64,000 bases of DNA from the human T2T-CHM13v2.0 reference genome, Homo sapiens, in NCBI RefSeq assembly GCF_009914755.1, contig NC_060926.1; one strand, written 5' to 3'. The notes below the pieces were generated by a model. The model saw only the letters and a list, made by a program, of their open reading frames with translations, did no database searches and was not told where the DNA came from. A program made the translations under genes and the position numbers. Positions 1 through 9,679 of this stretch are shown here, one piece after another; the first letter of the stretch is position 1, and the number at the start of each line of letters is the position of its first letter.

Positions 1-30
1 GGCCTCCGGAGCTGCTCACACGCAGGTGAA

Positions 31-48
31 GACTGCCCCCTGGTGGGC
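31..48 (-). promoter_or_regulatory. CTCF core motif in a GC/CpG-rich segment (probable promoter-proximal region of the neighbouring gene)
   Basis: Minus strand reads GCCCACCAGGGGGCAGTC, a near-perfect match to the CTCF consensus CCACCAGGGGGCRC; bases 1-180 are CpG-rich. Confidence 0.7.
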
Positions 49-424
49 GGGAGCCCTCGGGAGGCCCGCAGGCCCAGCGTCCTGCGCCCGTAATCCCTCA
101 AAGGGGCTTCTCTGGAATCACCCCCAGGCCCTGGGGCCAGGATCGAGGCTGCTCTGGGAACTGGGCTTACACGGGTGTGGGTGGGGACCTCTGGGATCTT
201 AGAACCAGGAAAATAATAAAGCAGAGGCTTGATGTTGCAAGTTTAGTTCCTGGAAGCTGATTGAAATGGAGATGAGCAACAGGAAAGTTTTTTGGGGGGG
301 GTTTCTAGAGATCAACACCTCTTCCAAGGAAGGGACACAACCAGGGCTGGGCAGAGAACGTGGGCTGCAGCACAGTCACCTGAAGGCCGGGAGCATGGAA
401 GTTAGGTTGGCCCTCTGGGACTAA

Positions 425-506
425 CAGGTTTAGCAAACAAAAATACAGGATGCCCAGTTAAATTTGAATTTCAGATACATGTGAAAGTTTTTTGTATAAA
501 TATGTT
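425..506 (+). mobile_element. MER53-like DNA transposon fragment (hAT)
   Basis: TTAGCAAACAAAAATACAGGATGCCCAGTTAAATTTGAATTTCAGATA resembles the MER53 consensus. Confidence 0.7.
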
Positions 507-608
507 CCGTGCAAGGAGAGGAGAGTGTCTGTGCAAAAGGGTGGGAGTTGGGGGGTTGTGGTGATGGAGACTGCTTACATATAGAGAGATGGAACAAAAC
601 AGGTAAAA

Positions 609-955
609 CAGTCACCCACCACATTCGTGGTTTCTGTGGATTAAACCAACTGTGGATTGAAAATATTGGGGGAAAAATGGCTGGTTACAACTGTACCAAA
701 CATGTACAGGCTTTTTTTTCTTGTCATTATTTCCTAAACAATATAGTATGACAATTATTTATGTAGCATTTACATTGTGTTTTGTATTACAAGTAACCTA
801 GAGGTTACAGGAGGATGTGTGTAGGTTACAGGAGGATGTGTGTAAGTTACATGCAAATACTATACCGTTTTACATAAGGTATTTGAGCATCCATGGATTT
901 TGGCATCTGAGGGAGTTCTGGAACAAATCCCCCATGGATACTGAGGGACAACTGT
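609..955. mobile_element. MER2/Tigger3-type TcMar DNA transposon MITE
   Basis: Terminal motifs CAGTC... and ...GGATACTGAGGGACAACTGTA; internal AAGTAACCTAGAG and GGAGGATGTGTGTAGGTTA, including a 21-bp tandem duplication at ~805-850. Confidence 0.7.
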
Positions 956-1145
956 ACTAGGGATAATAGGAGCCACGTTTCTCATTACTGGAAATGAGAG
1001 TAGGAAATATGGAAAAAAGAAAAGAAGAATAAACCCAGTGGAATTAGAGATATTGGTGTGAGCTCAGTTTGCAATATGTAGAGGTATAAAAATACAGATA
1101 TAAATGCATGAAGGACTATATGGACTGTATGTTTGTATGTAGAAC

Positions 1146-1514
1146 TATTGTGGACTGCATATTTATATCCCTCTCCCAAATTCATATATTTAAACCCTAA
1201 CCCCCAACGGCATAATATTAGGAAGTTGAGCATTTGGAAGGCAGTTAGATTTAGATGAGGTTATGAGGGTAGAGATCCCCATGATTGGACTGTGTCTTTT
1301 AATAAGACAGAGAGACTAGAGCTTGTTGTCTCTACTATGTGGGGATACAGTGAGAAGATGGTCATCTGCAAACCAGGAAGTGGGCCTTCACCAGACATGG
1401 ACTCTGCACCCTGATCTTGGACTTCCCAGACTCCAGAATTGTAAGAAATGCATTTCTGTTGTTTAAGCCACCTAGTCTACGGTATCTTGTTATAGAAGCC
1501 CAGACTGACTAAGA
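1146..1514 (+). mobile_element. MLT1A-type MaLR solo LTR
   Basis: CCAAATTCATAT...AAACCCTAACCCC, GCAAACCAGGAAGTGGGCCTTCACCAGAC, and an end in GTTATAGAAGCCCAGACTGACTAAGA. Confidence 0.75.
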
Positions 1515-1631
1515 AAATGACTCTAGATATAAAGTTGGAATGTGTGTGTGTATAGTTTGCTTGTATGTATGTATATCTATATCTACATATGTAGATATAT
1601 GAGGATATATGTAGAGATACATATATTCTCT

Positions 1632-1878
1632 TTTTTTTATTATTATTATACTTTAAGTTTTAGGGTACATGTGCACAATGTGCGGGTTAGTTACATATGT
1701 ATACATGTGCCATGCTGGTGTGCTGCACCCATTAACTCGTCATTTAGCATTAGGTATATCTCCTAATGCTATCCCTCCCCCACTCCCCCTACCCCACAAG
1801 AGTCCCCAGAGTGTGATGTTCCCCTTCCTGTGTCCATGTGTTCTCATTGTTCAATTCCCACCTATGAGTGAGAACAGG
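1632..1878 (-). mobile_element. Young 5'-truncated L1PA 3' end (about L1PA2-4)
   Basis: Poly-T followed by ATTATACTTTAAGTTTTAGGGTACATGTGCAC...; perfect 12-bp TSD CATATATTCTCT at 1620-1631 and 1879-1890. Confidence 0.9.
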
Positions 1879-2199
1879 CATATATTCTCTATCTCTACTG
1901 CGAAGATGTAGGGATGGCAACACCCTAATAACAATGACCACATTCCTTGGTTTCTAAATACCATTCTGTGCTAAAAGAAACCAGAGCTCCTTGTAGAAAT
2001 AGCCACTTCTAAGACCAGAGCTGAAGAAGTACTGTCAATTACTAAGTGACAGTGACAGTTATTACAACATCCAACTATGATTGTCTAGTTCTCCCTGTAG
2101 TTGTATCATTTTTTTGTTTCATGTATCTTGAAGTGCTATTATTAAATACATACACATTTAGAATTGATATCTCTTCTCAAGGAATTGACCCCTTTACCA

Positions 2200-2952
2200 T
2201 CTGGGTTAGTCACCTTGGCCTGCCTAACAAAATGCCAGAGAACAAGTGGCTTAAACAACAGAAGTTTACTTCATTACTGTTTTGAAGCCTGGAAAGTCCA
2301 TGATCAATGTGGCAACAGGGTTGGTTCTGGTGAAGCCTCTCTTCTCTCCTTGGCTTATAGATGGCCACCTTGTTGTGTCTTCATGTATTAGTCTGTTCTC
2401 ACATTGCTAATAAAGACATACCTGAGACTGGGTAATTTGTAAAGGAAAGAGATTTAATGGACTCACAGTTTCACATGGCTGGGGAGGCCTCACAATCACA
2501 CAATCATGGTGGAAGACGAATGAGGAGCAGAGTCACATCTTAAACGTGGCGGCAGGCAAGAGAGCTTGTGTGGGGAATCTCCAATTAATAAAACCATCAG
2601 ATCTCCTAAGACTTATTCACTATCATGAGAAAAATATGGGGAAACCGCCACCATGATTCAATTATCTCCACCTGGCCCCACCTTTGACATGTGGGGATTA
2701 TAACAATTCAAGGTGAGATTTGGGTGGGGACACAGCCAGACCATATCACTTAACATGGCATTTCTTCCATGTAGGCAGAGAGAGATCTCTGGTGTCTCTT
2801 CCTCCTCTTATATGGACACCAGTCCTAATGGCCCCACCCTTATGGCCTCCTTTAACTTTAATTACTTTTGTAAAGGCTCCATCTCCAAATACAGACACTT
2901 TGATGGTTAGGACATCAACATATTAATTTTGAGAAAACACAATTCAGTTCAA
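2200..2952 (-). mobile_element. MLT1-type MaLR LTR interrupted by a THE1 LTR
   Basis: GGCTTAAACAACAGAAGTTTA...GGTTCTGGTGAAGCCTCTC; resumes after 2748 with CATGGC...AAAGGCTCCATCTCCAAATACAG. Confidence 0.7.
2384..2748 (-). mobile_element. THE1 (B/C-like) MaLR solo LTR
   Basis: TGTATTAGTCTGTTCTCAC...GGGTGGGGACACAGCCAGACCATATCA; near-TSD CTTCA/CTTAA. Confidence 0.85.
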
Positions 2953-2959
2953 AAAATAA

Positions 2960-5400
2960 TCTGTACCATTGTGACCCATGACCATCTTTATCTTCTTGTC
3001 TATTTTGTCAGATATTAATATAGCTATACCAGCTTTTTTGTGTTTGATGTTTGCATAAATAGCTTTTTTCATTCTCTTACCTCTGTCAGTGTGTTAATAC
3101 TTAACACGCATCTCTTCTAAACAGTGTTTTACTGTGTCTTGCTTTTTAATTGTCTGACAAACTCTGCATTTTGAGTGCTTAGTCTTTTATTAATTAAATT
3201 ATTGACATGGTTTGCTTTAATTCTACCATCTTGCTACTTGTTTTCTTATCTGTTCCCTCTATTTTTCATTCTTTTGTTTCCCCTTTCCTGTCTTAATTGA
3301 GTAATTTTTGGTATTCTATTTTCTCTATTGGCTTTTTAATCATACCTCTTTGTACTTTTTATTTTTATTTTTATTTTTTTTTTTGCAGAGACAAGTGAAC
3401 ATTTATTTTTGTACCTTTCTTCCTATGTGTATTTCAAGTCTTTTTCAAAACAAGGCCTGAGGAATCTCCAGATTCAATTATGTCCCTGGGCTTTGTCGAC
3501 AGCTGCAGGAGTCTTAGGGAGCCTTGTACAAATGCTAGAGTTACTCATTTACCAACATTAAACCCGAGAATAGAAGATGCAACAAAGCAGGTTTCCTTCC
3601 TCCATGGAAAGTGCTGATTTCAGACAAGGCAGCAGCCAATGTAGAAAATGCTGGAATTTTTCCTTGGAACTGGACTGTGATGAGAGGTGCTTGCCATGAA
3701 CATAAGCTACTGTCTTTTCTTTGACCCTTCCTTTCCAGTTTTTGAAGATAAAGCCGGAAATAATCTTCTCTGAAGATACTTGATAAAAATTCCCCCCCAA
3801 AAAACAAAAACACATGCTTCCACTTCACTGATAAAAATTGACTGCAGTTTGGCACCTGGGTCTAGTTCAGCTGGCGGATGAGCTGATTGATGCGTTCACC
3901 CCGATAGCCAGGTGTGCCTATCTCCTTGAGGAAGCCCACTCTATTTTTGGTAGCGTGACAGGCCACTGAGAAAGTGGAAAGGGTCCAAGAACCATGAGAT
4001 CTCCTGGAAATGCTACCCTGGGAAGCCAATTTCATGAATGAGGTCTTCCAAGCAAATGACACCAAACTTCAAACTTCCCTAGGTGCTCCTCAATTAGTGT
4101 GTTGTCTGTCAGAGGGATGGTCTTATTCTTGACCTTGGCTTGTCCACGTTTCAAAATGAGTTCCCAGACAGATTTCAGACTTGGAAATCCCCAAGTCACA
4201 TAAGGTTCCACTATACGCAGCATTTTTAGGTTCTGGGGGGTGACTTTTACAAAGACACCACTAAAAATTTTCTTTAGGCGAAGTCTTGCAGTGGTTCTCT
4301 GCACCAGTAAACATGCCATCAATCCTTCAATGCATTCAACAAAGGCCAAGGAATGTTTATCTGGTGATTCCAAGGCACAAGGATTACTTCTAGTCATCTG
4401 AGACACACCTTGTCACGTTTCTGCCTCCAGGAATCATGTAGAAATGATTCCAGTCACTTAAACCTGAGCCCTTTTCCTTTCCTCTGCTCCTTCTTTGCCA
4501 AAAGTGCCTGCTTTGCCTGGGTGGCTTTGAGGGCTTGATAAGCCTTCCTCTTTTTCAGGAGATTTTCTGGAACCAAAGGGATTTGTCTTTCCTCTTGCTC
4601 CACCATCTTTCTAGTGTTGCAACTACCTGCACTTTTTATTTTAGTAATTGCTTTACAGGTTACAATAGGTGTTCTTATCAGACTTTATCTTGAAATAATA
4701 TACCATACACACAATTTGAGATTCTTAAAATAGTATAATCTCATTTACCCGCAATCCATCTTTTGTGTTATTATTGCCATATACATATTTCTGCATGAAT
4801 TATGAACTCCACAATATGATATTATTTTTAAATGAAAATGTTAACTTTTGAATAATTTAAGAAAATAAAAACATAGTGTTATATTTATTCACGTTTCCCA
4901 TGTGCCATATTCTTCAATCCTTCCTGTAGATCCAGATTCTCTCTAGTAGCATCTCTCTTCAGCTTAAAGAACTTCCTTTAGCATTTAATGTAGTACAAGT
5001 ATGCTGTTGGAAAATCCTCTCTGCTTTTATGTTTAACTTAATATGCCTTTATTTGTCTTCATTTCTGAAAGCTATCTTCACTGAATATTTAATCCAACAT
5101 TGATAATATATTTCTTTCTGCAATTTAAAGATGTTATTCCATTGTCTTCTGGCTTTCAATTTTTGTGATGAGAAGTCAGCTGTAATTCTTATCATTGTTT
5201 TCCTGTATATAATGTGCATTTTTATTTGGTTACGTTTAAGAACTTTTTTTCCCAGTTTTAACTTTCAGAAGTTGGACTATCAAAATGCCTGGGTGTGATG
5301 TTCCCTGTATTTATCTTGATTGAGATTCACTGAGCTTTCTATATGTGTGACTTACTGATTTTGACCACTTTTGGAAAATTGGTGGGAAGAGCCATTATTA
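2960..5400 (-). mobile_element. Old L1M fragments, host to the RPL7L1 retrocopy
   Basis: T-rich antisense L1 ORF1/ORF2-like motifs (GTGATGAGAAGTCAGCTGTAATTC, CCATTGTCTTCTGGC, AAAGAACTTCCTTTAGCATTT). Confidence 0.6.
3366..4627 (-). pseudogene. Processed pseudogene of RPL7L1 (ribosomal protein L7-like 1); possibly RPL7L1P9, number not verifiable
   Basis: Intronless. ATG at 4606-4604 reading MVEQEE...[28 protein letters not shown]; ORF-track fragments [36 protein letters not shown] and [15 protein letters not shown] (stop 3864-3862) match RPL7L1. Premature TGA at 4456-4454, frameshifts, AATAAA at 3407-3402, poly-A tail, 15-bp TSD TGYACTTTTTATTTT at 3351-3365 and 4628-4642. Confidence 0.95.
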
Positions 5401-5441
5401 AAGTTTTTTAAATCCTTATTTGCAAATCTGAATCCCTAGGT

Positions 5442-5776
5442 CAGCAGTCCTCAACCTTTTTGGCAGCAGGGACTGGTTTCATGGAAGATAATTTTTCCAT
5501 GGACAAGGGTGGGGGATGGTTTCAGGATGAAACTGTTTCACTTTAGATCATCAGGTATTAGTTAGATTCTCATAAGGAGCATGCAACCTACACCCCTCGC
5601 ATGTGCAGTTCACAATAGGGTTTACACTCCTGTGAGAATCTAATGCTGCCACTGATCTGACAGGAGGCGGAGCTCAGGCAGTACACTCACCTGCTGCTCA
5701 TCTCCTGCTGTGCAGCTCAGTTCCTAACAGGCCATGGGCTGGTACCAGTCTGCAGTCCTGGGGTTGAGAACCCCTG
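5442..5776 (+). mobile_element. MER1B hAT-Charlie MITE
   Basis: TIR-like ends CAGCAGTCCTCAACC / GGTTGAGAACCCCTG; perfect 8-bp TSD CCCTAGGT at 5434-5441 and 5777-5784. Confidence 0.9.
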
Positions 5777-6379
5777 CCCTAGGTTGTCTATGGACTTGTT
5801 TCTAATTGAGGTTTTCCTGTTTCTTCATCTGCATTTTTTTTATTTTGGAAAAAACCTCAAATTTTCAAGAAAGTTGCCCAAGTGAAGCAAAATCTTTTTT
5901 CTCTAAATTATTTGAGAGGCAATTTCCAACAAGATGCCCTTGCCCACTGAATACTTTTGTATGTATGTATTGCCTACAACAAGGATATTCTCCAATATAA
6001 CCTAATGAGATCATCAAGGTCAGGAAATTAATGCTACTATATTACTATCATCTCATCTTCAGATCTCATTCATGTTTAGTTGTCTTAATAATGTTCTTTA
6101 CTGTAAAATATTATAGTCCAGAAACTCATGATGGATTTAGATGTCATGTCTCTTTAGTCTCCTTTAGTCCATAACAATTTCTTTCTTTCTTTGCATTTCA
6201 TGATCATGAGTTTTTTGAAGATTATAGGACAGTTATTTCATAATACATCCCTCAATATAGATTTGTCTTAAGTTTCTCCATGGTGTATTTTAGTTTTTGC
6301 ATCACTGGCAGAAATATCACAAAAGTGAGCTATACCACTTGAGGTGGGACATCATTGTTATTTATCTCACTAATGGAAC

Positions 6380-7200
6380 GACTTACGCACAGAAAATTTA
6401 CCAAGATAGACCAAATTTTTTATGAGGCTTTATTTTTATGAGACCTTATAAAATCTCAATAAATTTAATAGTATTCGAGAAATACCAAGTTTTTTATCTG
6501 ACCACAATAGAATCAGATTCGAATCAAAAATAGAAAAATAACTAGAAAATCTCTATTTAGAAACTGAATACTGTAAGTCTAAATAATCCATATGTCAAGA
6601 AATAAATCAAAAGAAATTGTAAAGCATTTTTCACTGAATGAAAATGAAAACACAACAGAGCAAAATCTGTAGAATGTTACTGAAGCATAAATTAAGGAGA
6701 AATATATGGCACTAAATGCCTATATTAGTAAAGAGGACAAGTCTCAAGTCAATGGCCTCATCTTCCACCTTAAGAAACTAGAAAAGAAGATTAAATTCAA
6801 CCCAATGTAACAGGAATAAAGAAAATAACAAAGAATCAAGTGGAATTCAATGAAATAGAAATCAGAAAAATAATAGAGAAAATTATGAAACCAAAAGCTG
6901 GCTCTTTGATAATATCAGCAAAATTGACAAATTTCTAGCCAGACTAATAGAGAAAAAAGAAACAGAGGACACAAATTACCAATATCAGGAATGAGAAAAG
7001 TGGCATGACTATGGCTTCTAAAGATACTATGAGGAAAAAAGGGGATACTGTGGACAATTTTAGGCCAATAAATTGAACAACATAGATAGAATGGACAAAT
7101 TATTTGAAAGACATGAGCTACCAAGTCTCACTCATGAAGAAATAAATAATATTTATACTGATAACCCTATACTTATTAAGCTAGTTGAATTTGAGTTAAA
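6380..7200 (+). mobile_element. Old L1M ORF2 fragment
   Basis: A-rich; AATCTCAATAAATTTAA, CACCTTAAGAAACTAGAAAA, ACAAATTACCAATATCAGGAATGA, GAATGGACAAATT. Confidence 0.7.
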
Positions 7201-7208
7201 ATTCTTCC

Positions 7209-7211
<3 letters not shown>

Positions 7212-7249
<38 letters not shown>
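7212..7249 (+). repeat. (CA)n microsatellite, about 19 units
   Basis: Read directly from the sequence. Confidence 0.95.
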
Positions 7250-7251
<2 letters not shown>

Positions 7252-7313
7252 AAACTCACACAAACCATGTGCAGGTCCAGAAAATGACAAACGTGAAAGA
7301 ACTTCATAAACAA

Positions 7314-8864
7314 TTTTTTTTAAATTTCAATAGCTTTAGGGGTACAAGTGGGTTTTGGTCACATGGATGAATCATATAGTGGTAAAGTCTGAGCTTCTGG
7401 TGTACTCGTCACTCAAAGAGTGTACATTGTACTCAATAGGTAATTCTTCATCCCTTACCCCCTCCCAACCTCCCCACTTCTGAGTCTCCAATGTCCATTA
7501 TACCACTCTATATGCCATTGGGTACCCATAGCTTAGCTCCCACTTACAAGTGAGAATATGCAGTATTTGCTTTTCAGTTCCTGAGTTATTTCACTTAGGA
7601 TGACGGCCTTCAATTCCATCCAAGTTGCTGCAAAAGACATTATTTCATTCTTTATGGCTGAATAGTATTCCATGGTGTGTGTGTGGTGGGGTGTGGAGGT
7701 GTATGTGTGTGTATGTATATATATACACTTCAGATATATATACAGATCGTGCCACTGCAGTCCAGCCTGGGCAACAGAGGGAGACTCCATGTCAAAAAAA
7801 AAAAAAAAGCATAAAGGTGGAATGCCGCCTTTGTTTTTGCCCTTTTATGGCTTCTTCTGGTTATTGTCATGGTGACTGTCAACCATCATGGCCCTGGTAG
7901 GAGTATTGTTTAGCATGGAAATGTGATTATAATAAAGCCTGAGGTATTTTTGAAGTTACTGGTCGTCTATCTTGGTTCTAACCATCTCAGCTGGTGTGGT
8001 TACAAAGGGAACTTTTTTATCACGGGTGTCCTGTTTCTTAAAGATAAGCAGAGTTAGGACAGGTAGAAATTCAGCTATGTTATGTAGGCATTTACACCAG
8101 CGGGAATGGATCGAATGGTAGATCTAGTTTTAGTTATTTGAGAAATCACCATACTGTTTTCCATAATGGTTGTAGTAATTTACATTCCCACCAGCAGTGT
8201 GTAAGTGTTCCCTTTTCACCACATCCACACCAAAATCTATCGAGTTTTAACTTTTTAAAAATAAACATTATGGCTGGGGTAAGATGGTATCTCATTGTGG
8301 TTTTAATTTGCATTTCACCAATGATTAGTGACGTTGAGCATTTTTTCACGTTTCTTGGCCATTTGTATATCTTCTTTTGAGAAAAGTATGTTCATGTCAT
8401 TTGCCCATTTTGAATGGAATTATTTGATCTTCAGCAAAGACAAAAACATACACTAAGGAAAGGACACTCTATTCAATAGTCCTGGGAAAATTGTATAGCC
8501 ACATATAGAAGTGTGAAACTGGATCCCCATCTCTCACCACATACAAAAATTATCTCAAGATGGATTAAAGACTTAAATCTAAGACTTGAAAACATAAAAA
8601 TTATAGCAGAAACCCTACGAAAAACTCTTATGGACATTGGCCTAGGTAAAGAATTTATGACAAAGATCCCAAGAGCAAATGCAACAAAAACAAAAATAAA
8701 TAAATGGAACCTAATTAAACTAAAAAGCTTTTGCACAGCAAAAGAAATAATCAACAGAATAAACAGACAACCTAAAGAATGGGAGAAAATATTTGCAAAC
8801 TATACCTCTGATAAAGGATTAATGTCTAGATTCTGCAGAGAACTCAAATCAACATGAAAAAAAC
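7314..8864 (-). mobile_element. L1PB-type element with 5' inversion (twin priming) and an internal foreign patch
   Basis: Antisense 3' end at 7314-7680 and 8100-8425; sense ORF2 piece at 8425-8864 (track ORF 8513-8857 [23 protein letters not shown]); TSD TCATAAACAA at 7304-7313 and 8865-8874. Confidence 0.85.
7745..7808 (+). mobile_element. Alu 3' fragment with poly-A
   Basis: GATCGTGCCACTGCAGTCCAGCCTGGGCAACAGAGGGAGACTCCATGTC followed by an A run. Confidence 0.85.
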
Positions 8865-9207
8865 TCATAAACAACTATTAATATAAGGAGTTATTTGAAA
8901 ACTCAAGCAGATTTCAAACCTAGAAGAAATGAATATTTTTTTAAAAATTCATAAGTTATTACAATTAACCTCAGAAGTGAAAGTCAAAATAAACAAATTT
9001 TCAGAAAGGAAATGAAGTAGTAAAATAGTTCCCCTGTAAAAATTCACAGCCTACATAGTGTTACAGAGACATTATATCCAAGTTTTAAAGAGCAGATGAT
9101 TCTAATACTGTTTATTTAAACTATTCCAGAGCATTGGAAAGAGAAGGAAAACCTTCAAATTCTTTTTATGATGTTTGTATAATATTGACAACAAAACTTG
9201 AGAAAGA

Positions 9208-9519
9208 GTCCAGGCATGGTGGCTCATGCCTGTCATCCCAACACTTTGGGAGGCCAGGGCAGGCAGATCGCTTGAGCCTAGGAGTTCTAGACCAGCCTGG
9301 GCAACATGGCGAAACCCCATCTCTACAAAAAATAGAAAAATTAGCCATGCATGGTGATGCACGCCTGTAGTCCCAGCTACTCAGGAGGCTGAGATGGGAG
9401 GATTAACTGAGCCCAGGGAGATTGAGGCTGCAGTGAGCTGTGATCATACCACTGCACTCCAGCCTGGGAAACAGAGTAAAACTGTCGCAAAAGAAAAAAA
9501 AAAAAAAGAAAGAAAAAAA
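9208..9519 (+). mobile_element. AluJ
   Basis: Full dimer; GATCGCTTGAGCCTAGGAGTT and GAGGCTGCAGTGAGCTGTGATC are J-type features. Confidence 0.9.
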
Positions 9520-9679
9520 TAACTTGACAAGGACTGCACGTGAACACACACACAAACACACACAAAAGAAAATTCTGTATCAATCTCATTTAGGGAGATA
9601 TATGTCAAAATATGAAATGAAAAATTAGCAAAAATCATGAGCACATTAAGAATAAAACATCACTATTTCTACCTCTGAT

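Noticed and set aside
4032-4406. 124-aa ribosomal-protein-like ORF as a functional gene
   Set aside because: Fragment of the RPL7L1 retrocopy, with an upstream stop and frameshifts on both sides.
8513-8857. 114-aa ORF with clear protein similarity
   Set aside because: L1 ORF2 C-terminal fragment within the inverted part of a truncated L1PB element.
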